A DNA stretch of 61,599 nt, filler included, from Dirinaria sp. TL-2023a (Eukaryota): assembly GCA_051941275.1 (NCBI GenBank). It is 10 parts of 10 records of this genome, joined end to end, with 100 filler letters (N's around TTAATTAATTAA, not from the genome) between each part and the next. Parts side by side here need not be neighbours in the genome. Positions count along the whole stretch, not along the records: positions 49,457 to 55,486 come from JAVEBF010001547.1; positions 55,587 to 61,599 come from JAVEBF010001548.1; 8 more parts are not named here. One strand, written 5' to 3'. Under the pieces are notes generated by a model, which had not been told where the DNA came from, ran no database searches, and was given only the letters and a program-made list of their open reading frames with translations. Positions 51,890 through 61,599 of this stretch are shown here, piece after piece (within the stretch, counting starts at the first letter, position 1; every line of letters begins with the position of its first letter). A program made the position numbers and the translations under genes.

Positions 51890-53218
51890 TCAGCTAAACT
51901 CTCGACTTTCCCCAATGTCGCAGACATCAAATACGCCCGTCTCCGGCATCTGGCTTCTGGCCATGGCTTGCTTGAGCAATTTCGGTGGCTCGAGCACGTC
52001 CTCTTCCGTCAACACCCATGTGCCCCAGTGAATACCCATCGCCTTGCTACATTTGGTGTCCTTGAAGATCTCCACCGAATCGAATGGGTTGGCGTGCATG
52101 CCCGAAAAGATCCAGCGCGGATCGTAAGCCCCGATGGGGATGAGACCCAAGTCAAAGGGGCCACGGAGCTCGCCAATCTGCTTGAACGCCGGACACCGCG
52201 GGTAGTCGTGCCCTGGCCCGTAGTCATCTTCGCCGTCCGGTAATTGTGGAACGTGTCTGTAGCCGGTGTCGCCGCCGAACCAGACTTTCTTGCCTCCGCT
52301 CTCGACGCTCCAAGAGGCCCACAGGGTGTGGTTCCTGTCGGTCAGAGACCGCGCACTGAAATGTTGGCACGGAAGGCAGGACACGTGAGCGCTGATGCTG
52401 TCTTGTGCTTTCTCTGGGGATGACGAGGATACTCGAGGGCCGGTCCCACTCGGTGAGAGGGTGAAATCCCTTTCCTCCCACCAGTCGAGCTCGGTGACTT
52501 GTGAGATGCCCGAGTCGTTGAACCACTTCTTATTGCCCAACGGCACGAAGAAATGAGCGTTGGGGTGTTTGGCTTTGATCTTCATGATTGTGGGATGATC
52601 GAGGTGGTCGTAGTGGTTGTGCGAGATGACCACGGCGTCAATGGTAGGCACCTCTTCGATTTGGCAGGGCACTTCGGTATACCGTTTCGGGCCCAGCCAG
52701 CTCAAGGGGCTGCATCGGTCGCTGAAGACTGGGTCAAAGAGTATTCGAAGCCCTCCTGGGAATTCGACGAAGTAGCATGCATGGCCTAGCCATGTGGCAC
52801 GAAGGGTAGGCGTATCTCTCGACGGGAGGAAGCTCGGTTTCCGCACCGGTACCGTCGGGGGTGTAGTGTCGGGGGTCTTCACTTTCCCTGAGATGCGCCG
52901 CCTTCCAGAAGATCAGCTATGGATCGCAATATGTACGAGCCAGTCTTACCAAAGTATGGCCTTCCCCACAGTAGCACCCGATTGATCTATCCAGCTATCC
53001 CATGGATTGGTAAACCCTTTCGCGCCTTTGAGATGGTGACGCTTCTCGCTCGCCTCGTCCGGAGTGGCTCCTGCAATACTGGAGCTGGAGACGGTGGCTG
53101 CATAGAGCGCCGCGGCTGTTTGTGAATTTGACATGCGTGGAGAGGTAGACAGCGATCGTTTCGGGGTGTTGTTGTTTCTCCGCGAAAAGCAGAAGAACAG
53201 TCGACGGAAGACGTTCAT
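51890..53218 (-). CDS. FMP30: N-acyl-phosphatidylethanolamine phospholipase D (metallo-beta-lactamase fold, Fmp30-like), 2 exons
   Basis: GFTNPWDSW, ATWLGHA, DPVFS.RCSP..GPKRY, SHNHYDHLD, ELDWW, CQHFSAR, FGGDTGY, PIGAY.PRW..MH, IHWGTW. Arg-rich presequence-like N-terminus from ATG 53218. Confidence 0.9.
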
Positions 53219-53573
53219 CGATAGAAAAGAAGTATTTGGATATGAGCTGGAGGGCGCAGCAGTACTCTTTAGTACTCGGAGATGGAGCGGACGAAAGACA
53301 TGCCGAATTGAGTAAATGCTGCAGCCTGACTTCGATCCTGCGCTGAGCAGAGCACTAGTATAAGAATAGTCAGCTGACGATCGTTGCCGGTTGATTTGGT
53401 AAATAGATGCTCTCAAAGTACAATTTAATCGAAAAAAGGTAGATTGCAAGTCCGCATGAAGTCACGGTTGGCGCACGGGGAGTCCCGCCGCCGTTTCAGT
53501 ACCCGAGACTGCAAAACAACAAATTCCGACTTATTCCAGACGACATGTCAACGTAAGTAAGAGCCCATTGGGC

Positions 53574-55096
53574 ATGGAAAAGGGGGGTTCAGTTCCTTTA
53601 CCTCAAGCAGTCTCTTCTCAAGAATACAAAGTTGGTTCGTTCCCGACCAGCGGAGATGGCGGGCTTCTGTCGCAGGTCTCAGGCAATCCTTTCTTCACAG
53701 CGGTGAGTAGATATGATCGCGCAGCGTCGCATGCAGCTCATTTCTCCAGGGAATAGGACTAGCAGGCTTTGGAGTCGTACTAGCCGCCGCGCAGAAAGGC
53801 CTTCGTCATGGCGCTGCTCTACTCAAACGGCGACTACTCGTCGACGTCGAAATCAATATCAAAGACGAATCCTACCCCTGGTTCCTTCAATGGATGACCA
53901 ATCACCAAAGGGCGCAGCTGCCGGTCAGATCTGATGGCGCTGCTAAATCGAGAGAAGAAGGTACTGGGATAGTCGAATCTCTGATGCGTCGCATCACCCC
54001 CGGACTACACCATTTGGCCATACAGACGGAGAAGGTTACCCATCCAAACGGCTCTGTCCGAACCCACTTTACGCTCCTGCCTGGTCCTGGAAGACACGTG
54101 CTGAGATTCAAAAGGACGTTCCTCATGGTCAATCGAACCCGAGAGACCAAGTCAATGGACCTTCAGTCCGGTAGACCGTGGGAGTCAATTACTCTGACCA
54201 CTCTGTATTCGCAGCGTCATATCTTCGAAGACCTCTTCCTCGAGGCCCATAAGCTGGCGCAACAGTCTACGGAAGGCAAGACAATCGTATACACCGCGAG
54301 ATCTGCCACGTGGGAACGGTTTGGAGAACCGCGACGGAAAAGACCCATCGACTCTGTGATCCTAGACAGAGGAGTCAAAGAACGCATCGTTGCTGACGTC
54401 AGAGAATTTTTGGCCAGCGGCAAGTGGTACTACGAGCGCGGTATCCCTTACAGGAGAGGCTATCTTCTGCATGGACCTCCGGGCAGTGGGAAAAGCTCGC
54501 TCATACAAGCACTGGCTGGGGATTTGGACTACAACATTGCCATGCTGAATCTCAGTGAGCGGGGCCTTACCGACGACCGCTTGAACTACCTCCTCACTGT
54601 TATCCCGAAGCGGACCTTGGTGCTACTCGAGGACGCCGACGCGGCCTTTGCCAATCGTAGGCAGACCGATGCCGATGGCTACAGGGGCGCCAATGTTACA
54701 TTTTCCGGGCTCCTGAACGCTTTAGACGGCGTGGGAAGTGCTGAAGAACGTATTCTGTTCTTGACCACGAATCACGTGGAGCGGCTGGATGCCGCCCTAG
54801 TCCGTCCTGGACGAGTTGATCTTCATGCTCGTATTGGCGAGGCTACGCGATGGCAAGCTGGGATGCTGTGGGACCGATTCTATGGTGACCTCGAGGATTG
54901 TGAGGATTTCAAGCAGGCGTTCCTGAGCAAGCTGGAAGCGCTAGGGATCGTTGGAGCTGTGCAAGGGAAGACACCTGAACCGAGCAGGCCGACCAGTGCA
55001 GCTGCCTTACAGGGCCTGTTCCTTCACAATAAAGGCGACATGGAAGGAGCTATAAACATGGCACCGGGCCTCGTCACGGATCGGCTGCAGCAATGA
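53574..55096 (+). CDS. BCS1: Mitochondrial AAA chaperone Bcs1 (complex III assembly), 2 exons
   Basis: GNPFFTA/GIGLAGFG..LKRRLLVDVEINIKDESYPWFLQWM, FTLLPGPGRH, FGEPRRKRPIDSVILD.GVKE, GPPGSGKSS, LTDDRLN, VTFSGLLNALDGV, ALVRPGRVD, AALQGLFL. Confidence 0.95.
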
Positions 55097-55486
55097 CTAC
55101 AGATCTCGATCTCCGATGCATTCAGCAACTTCTCGTAAATGCAGCAAATGCTTCATCCAGACAATGTACTATTGCGGCTTTCAGACAATTGTTCGGATTC
55201 CATTTCAATCATCAGCCCCCACTGGGTGGACACATATCTACCCGTCCATCGTTCGACCGTTTGAGCAGCGGAAAGGAATGGAAATGGAAGCCGAGCCATG
55301 ATTGTGATTGGCTTTTCGAATACTCGCTAGAGCCAGACGAATCGGAATTTGCCAGGCTGAGAGACATTGACCAATCACCATTCACCAGCACCTTCTAGAC
55401 GAGTATGCGCGCGTCGGGTGACAATTGAGTGACAGACGCAGCTTACGTGCAGCGCCTTCGCAACCAATGTGCGTTGACTCTAGAGT

Positions 55487-55586
55487 NNNNNNNNNNNNNN
55501 NNNNNNNNNNNNNNNNNNNNNNNNNNNNNNTTAATTAATTAANNNNNNNNNNNNNNNNNNNNNNNNNNNNNNNNNNNNNNNNNNNN
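55487..55586. other. Artificial contig spacer
   Basis: N44-TTAATTAATTAA-N44. Confidence 0.98.
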
Positions 55587-55679
55587 CCCCTCTTCATCCT
55601 CTCTCCCTTCTCCTACCACTACCACTCTCGCAGTAGACCCCCCCTTTTACGATTCTCCTTCCATTCGCTATCGCCTTAC

Positions 55680-56910
55680 GCCTAATCATCTTCTAAAAAA
55701 AATTTCTCAAATTTATTCAAACGATTATAAGTGCTTCAGATAACATTTTTCCGTCACAAATAATATTATCATTTTTAGATTTTTGTCTGTTCGCGTAGTT
55801 TTTCTCTATTAGAAGAAAGTTATGAGAAATACGCAATCGTATCCCGGGTGAGATGAATGCTCTAACGAGGGGTAGTGACGTAGTTCAGAGAATCAAGATA
55901 TATCAGTGAGCTTCAATCATAAGTCCTACGTCGTGGAAAACTAACAATCTGCTCTGCTTCGAGATTTGTTCAGCTAAAGTTGTATTATTTTATTTTAATC
56001 GATTAACGCTGTTGACGTGTCGAAGATAAGTCGCATTTAATTCCATCCTCGATCGAATTTTGTGATGCTAGCGCTATATTTTCGACATTTTGGATTCAAG
56101 GAGTGATTTAGATATACGACGTATGTGTTTTTGTTATATATCTCATTGACATTGTTCTACTGGGTACAAATTTCGTTGATTGTAGCTTTTTGCACATTTT
56201 GTCAGGGAAGCGGATGGAATTTTGATGTATTGCATCCACTATGCTGTTGAATTTATCGTCATATAAGAAGTTTGATATAGTGGGTTTTTCTTAATGAGGA
56301 TTTTGTATGCAAATTGCTGACATTTTCAACGTTCGAATATTGAGTTCAAGTAGCGTCGTTGTTGTAAATACTCGTACAGTGATTTTGTACTATCGAGTGA
56401 CGAGTCATCAGCTATAAAAGCAGACAAGTTTCGATACTCTGCAGCAAGTACTGCTTCCGTGTAAGTTGAATTTTGAAATTTTATGCATGGCGTGGTTGGG
56501 GCTATGAAGATGAGTTCAAGCAACGCTGCAGAGAAAACTGGCTTTTTTAGTTATTGTGTAAAGGATAAATTACAATCATTTTTCGCTGCGCTCCAAGTAC
56601 ATCCTCATTCTAAACAAATATATTCACCAGATCTAGTCTCTACATCAGTCTTCGACTCAATCTGTTCTCGTGATCAAATCGCTGAGCATCAAAAAAGAAT
56701 ACAAGCGCTGTGAAGAGCGCAAAACAGATATCGTAGAAAAGATCGTCACGGAGTCATTTCAGAACCAGTCATGGATATCATAAGTCAACAAGACACGTCT
56801 GATGGATGGAAGAATATTAAGTAATAACAGACACATTACAAAGTCGACGACCATTGTTCAAGTTTGTAGGGAGAATAAAGTTATCTGAAATGTGTTATAA
56901 AATTTTTACG
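55680..56910. other. AT-rich degenerate (RIP-like) sequence
   Basis: Visibly AT-rich, poor in CC/GG but retaining CG/TCGA, many stops in all frames; origin not identified. Confidence 0.5.
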
Positions 56911-57678
56911 TCCCGGATCTTAGATCAAGGCAGAGAAAAAAAAAGGCAACTCGCTTCGCATGACCCGGCTCTTTTTCCCCCTCCAATACAAGTCTGCTGT
57001 AGATACTTAAGAAATCAGACGCGCGGCTTTACTCGTTTCCGTATTGGATGTCCCCTTCCCACCTCATGCCAAACCCCTCTGTATGTATGCGGCACATATC
57101 AGCGATCAGAATATTGTACTCTCTACGGAGCAATTTTCCAATTTGGGAAGAAACCGAACCCTTCAATTGACCGGATGACTAATAGACGCTGCCGTGCCCG
57201 TCCCTGCATCAAACGCGAAGGATCCACATGCATACACGCACAAGAGTATCTAGAAGTTGACTGCAAGTCGCGTGTGCTCATGACATTGAAGGGCCAATCA
57301 GAGTGGCATCGCTAACCCACCATCGTGTCCTTTCGCCAGAATGTCTCTCAAGTCTGAGCGAACTCCACATAATCAAGCGTAAATAGATGCCTTGAGAACC
57401 AGCGGCTAACAAGCATGACAGGCGCATATCGCCATATGGATCGTCGATCCATACATATGTACGAACACATGATCATCTGAAAGCGAATCATTTTCAGCCT
57501 CGACGCTCCTGAGGGATCGTGTATCTGTTGTCCCGCTGTACGGGGAACCGATATGGCAAGTATACTGCATGTCTGAAGCTTTTAGACCATAACGGTTGAA
57601 TCCTTCCGAAGTTTACCGTCTCAATACAATAATAGTGTTGTCTTGGATGAAAGAGTGAACACACAAAATATTCCAAGC

Positions 57679-59262
57679 ATGGTCAATCCTCTGTTGCTGC
57701 CTATAGCGACACTTCTGTTTGGGCTTTCTCACTTCGGTTGTCAACGTGAGCTCCTCAGTAACGATGGCTTGCAAAGCCCTAGCAGAGCAGTTACCCGGAA
57801 AGGTCTTCTCACCAGGAAGCGCTCAGTATGTTGCTACCGGCACTTCATATTTCGCTGCATTTGAGAACGAACTCTCCCCTGTTTGCGTAGTCAAACCAGA
57901 GAATGCTGCAGAGGTATCGGTGGTTCTCAAGACCGTCCGAACCTATCGCGACCAGGTTCGCCTCGCCATCAAAGGTGGTGGACACACGCTTTGGGCTGGC
58001 GCTGCCAACATTGACAATGGGGTTACCATGGATATGCAGAGCGTGGAAGGTGTGAATGTGAACGCGCAGACCGGTATCGCCTCGATCGGAGCAGGCGAAC
58101 GATGGGCCAATGTGTACGAGCAATTAAGTGCCCAAGGACTGGCTGTGGCTGGAGGACGAGTGTCTAAGGTGGGTGTTGGAGGTTTGATCACCGGAGGTTC
58201 GGCGCATATCTACTGACGAATTCAGTTCATGGTGCATTGCTGACGGAAAGTCATCTAGGTGGACTTTCTTACTTCTCGGCAGCCACGGGTTTCGTTTGCG
58301 ACAACGTTGTGAACTTCGAGGTCGTTCTTGCTTCGGGAAAGATCGTCGAAGCCAATGCAAAGGAGAATCATGATTTATTTCTGGCCTTGAAGGGCGGGTC
58401 GAACAATTTTGGTGTTGTTACACGCTTCGATTTGCCAACCTTCAAACAGGGTCAAATGTGGGGTGGGGCTATCTACTACAGCCCATCAGTATACCCACAG
58501 CTGATCCAGGCTTTCAACGAATTTGCTGCTTCCCCGAATCCGGATCAACAGGCCCATATTATTATAGCCACCAGCTGGAGTGCCGGGGCTGAGACCGGCG
58601 TGTCAAATATCTATCATTCCACGCCCGTGGCTGCACCGCCCTCTCTGGAACCTTTCACGGTCTTGCAGCCGCAGATATTCAACTCTCTTCGCGAGGATTC
58701 TTTGCTCGGCTTTGCGAAAGAGCAGTCGGCCTTCAGCACAGATGGTGCTCGTCAGCTCTACTTCACGACAAGCTTCTTTCTCGATGTGCAATTCATGCTG
58801 CATGTCCGTGAACTATGGCTCGAGGCACTTAAGCCCCTAGAGACTGTGCCTGGTCTTATGCTTTCCCTGGTTTTTCAACCTCTTACGAAAGGGATCATAG
58901 CACATTCGGCACAGCTCGGCGGAAATTCACTAGGCTTGTCACCTGATGACGCACCTCTTGTCATCACTCTGCTCAACAGCGTACATACTAACCGAGCAGA
59001 CGACGACACTGTGGTGACTGCAGTTTCGGGACTGATAAAAAACATTGAGGCTGCAGCGGTCACGCTGGGAAAGTCCGCACGATATCGGTTCACGAACTAC
59101 GCTTATAAGGACCAGAAGGTGTTCGAGGGATACGGCAGGCAAAGTGTTGCAAGGCTGCAAGCTGCAAGCAGGAAGTACGACCCGAACGGATTTTTTCAAG
59201 AAACCGTTCCGGGCGGTTTCAAGCTGTCGAAAGTTTCCCGTGCTTTCTTGGCCGAGGACTGA
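57679..59262 (+). CDS. FAD-linked oxidoreductase (BBE/VAO-like, FAD_binding_4), with a +1 frameshift in the signal peptide
   Basis: PVCVVKP..EVS, AIKGGGHT (flavinylation His), GVGGLITG/GGLSYFS..GFVCDNVVNFEVVLASG, DLFLALKGGSNNFGVVTRF, NYA..KYDPNGFFQ..PGGFKL. The ATG 57679 frame is 1 nt off the catalytic frame near 57718. Confidence 0.85.
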
Positions 59263-59887
59263 ACGGTCAATCGAACAGTATGGCCCAGTCTTATAGAGCA
59301 AGCATTCTCTGGTAGCAGGCATTTTAAATATCGCTATAGTAGGGGCGATATTCTTCCATTTGATCAAGATCTTTCTCGGTCTGAAAAATTGCTTGTAGCG
59401 CTGTGAGAACGCATCCAAAATGGCCAGCATGTTTAGCTAAGCGAACGTAGCTTTTCTCTTCGGGCTCGCGAAGTCTTCTCAATCTCGACGGGAAAAAAAA
59501 AAAAAAAAAAAACGCTGTGAGAATGCTCTGTACGCAAGCCAATTTGAAAGCTGCATGAGATCGTATGTATGATGACAAAATGATCTGATGAGATATGTGA
59601 AAGAAACATCAGTCACTTCGACGCAGACTGCATATCTCTCTCGCAGCATGTCTCAATGATTTGTTTGTTGTACGACACAGCCGAGCTTCCAGCGTTCAGC
59701 GGAGCCGCGTACTTGTGCTCGTGTTACATCGGTCATTTAAATGAGCTTCGCGGTTCATGGTGGCCATTTTGCAGTTGAGAGAATCGAAAATCTAAGGCAG
59801 CAATAATCTTTCGTGCTCGTGTTGATGTCACTGTTTACTTTGCGCAAGCCCGTCATTTTACAATGGGAACTACAAACCGTACGAGTG

Positions 59888-61258
59888 ATGGATTCCGTGA
59901 CCTGCATCTCGACCCAGCGAACTTCGAGCCCGAAAACGTTCATCACCAATGATGTCTGCGTGATCGGAGGAGGCTGCAGTGGGAACGTACTCGTACATTG
60001 CCATCCGCACCCTCCAGGACCTAGGCAAAAGTTGTCGTTGTCATTGGAAATCGTGAAAGACTCGGAGGTCATGCTTTCATGTATATAGATTTTGACACTC
60101 GCACCACGCTCGATGTTGGGGTGGTTGTATTCGGACATCTGGAAGATGGGAAAAGGTTTTTTTTTGGCCCGCTTCGAGGTCCCGTTGAAGACTGTGTTAA
60201 TCTCGCTCGGATCTTCAGTATATATTGATTTTGCAACCTGAAGAACGGTGGATTACACTCCCCTAGACGAAATAGTAGTTGGTGCTGCAATAGAAAGATA
60301 CATGGCTGAGCTTTCCAAGTACCCGAGCCTCCAGGAAGGGTTCGATATGACATACTCAGTGACAGAAGATTTATTGATGTCATTTGATGATTTCGTTAAG
60401 AAGCACTCGCTAGACGCTCTTGTAACGACGATTTTTGCCATTTGCCAAGGTTATACGTCGTTGTTTGGAGCTTTGCACTCTATATGTATTGAAGTGCTTC
60501 AATGCTGTTCTTTTGGACACTCTGAGTCGCGGGTTTCTCATGACTGAGCGCAACAACATTAGTGAGCTTTACGATATGGCCGCCGTGAAGCTCGGTGAAA
60601 ACTTTTGACTGAGAAGCTTCGTTGCGGCTATGAATCTTTTCGATGCATCCGAGCCAGTCAAATTGCTCATTCAGACGCCGGCTGGCCGCAAATTGGTACT
60701 CGTGGATAAGATTGTGTCCACCTTCCCCCCCACAAAGTTGGGAACCTTGCAGGCTTTGATCTTTCCAGCGACGAAATATCTCTTTTTGGTCAATTCTTTC
60801 ATAGTGCCTTCTATGCCGGGGTGCTTCGTAGCGTGAATTTCCTTGTCGACCGTCCGATTCATGCTGTTGGGCCGCATAAACCGCGTGGAGTACCCGACCT
60901 TCCGAGCATTTACGCTCTGAATCCGAACAGTGCGAGCGGTCTCTTCCAAGTCTACGGTAGTCCATATGAGCTACCTGAAGACAATTTCAAAGCAGATATC
61001 ATCGCCGCTGTGCAGCGTATTCAGCGCGCTCGGGGTATAAAGACAGAATCGAACCCTGAATTCGCCATTTTCGAGAACCATACCCCTTTCAACATGATGG
61101 TGTCAAGAAAGGCAGTCCAGTGGGGAATTTGCAAGAAGCTCTCTGGGTTGAAGGGCCAGAGACATACCTTTCATAACGGTGCTTCATTTCACACCCAGGA
61201 TCCATCAGTGCTCTGGCAGTTTATAGAACAACTGCTGCCGAAGATTCTTGCTTCATAG
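59888..61258 (+). pseudogene. Flavin-containing amine-oxidase-like enzyme (CpaO-like family), multiple frameshifts
   Basis: Pieces in shifting frames: ITNDVCVIGGGCSG / TYSYIAIRTLQDLGK / VVVIGNRERLGGH..YID..TLDVGVVVF / YMAELSKYPSLQEGF..DLLMSFDDFVKKHSL / LLIQTPAGRKLV / FENHTPF..LSGLKGQRHTFHNGASFH..SVLWQF.E.LLP. Confidence 0.78.
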
Positions 61259-61599
61259 TCTTGGTGTGCTTGTCAACCGCCAAGCCCAGGTGTTCAGTCC
61301 TGCGACACCAGAGTGTTTTGATACTTGAACGTGATAGCCTCGTAACTTTTCTAGAACAATCGCTGCAGGTCTTGTGCTTGCTAGCGGAATTCGACATCTC
61401 GCAGTATAATCGACAACTCGATCTCAGTGAAGGGGATCGCTTGGCATGGTACCAGATCGAAGAGAAAGGGCTTGAGGTGAAGGTGCTCAGGTACTGTAGA
61501 ATAATCATATTCTCGTGGCCAGTCGTCGAAGACCTTCTGCTGGAATGAAATTATTCCTCGAAATACTCCTCGAAATACTCCATATCAATGTTCAGAGAG

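Noticed and set aside
44313..55096. Two BCS1-family ATPases and two N-acylethanolamine-related enzymes (NAAA-like, NAPE-PLD) close together as a cluster
   Set aside because: They lie on different contigs separated by the spacer at 49357-49456; adjacency comes from size sorting.
6100..55586. Regularly spaced TTAATTAATTAA palindromes as a biological repeat or CRISPR-like array
   Set aside because: Always centred in identical N padding at contig joins; an assembly linker.
1..61599. tRNA, rRNA, CRISPR arrays or autonomous transposons
   Set aside because: None recognised by eye; tRNAscan-SE and Infernal would be needed to exclude small RNAs.

Overview
Eukaryotic DNA from a filamentous ascomycete (Pezizomycotina), with short GT-AG introns and fungal gene families. 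The window is not one locus. It is ten contigs of 6099 to 6013 bp in descending length order, joined by nine artificial 100-nt spacers (N44-TTAATTAATTAA-N44), so gene neighbourhoods are meaningful only within each ~6 kb block. Apparently intact genes: a Thr-rich secreted protein, an ascomycete laccase, DBP5, BZZ1, AIM11, a Med2/Med29-like protein, PUB1, a DUF1275 membrane protein, a NACHT-ankyrin NLR, a BCS1-like AAA paralogue, an acid ceramidase/NAAA-like hydrolase, flavohemoglobin, NAPE-PLD (FMP30-like) and BCS1. The least ordinary content does not show in the ORF track: (i) decayed NLR effector domains (SesB-like lipase and PNP_UDP_1), the latter split by a 458-bp element with 36-bp TIRs whose removal restores the reading frame; (ii) a TPR-DUF4470 gene with locally clustered nonsense and frameshift damage; (iii) two neighbouring frameshifted flavin oxidases; (iv) a RIP-like transition signature that appears to hit CpC as well as CpA. 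I cannot support a clearly new multi-gene system. All family assignments come from motif recognition, not from database searches.
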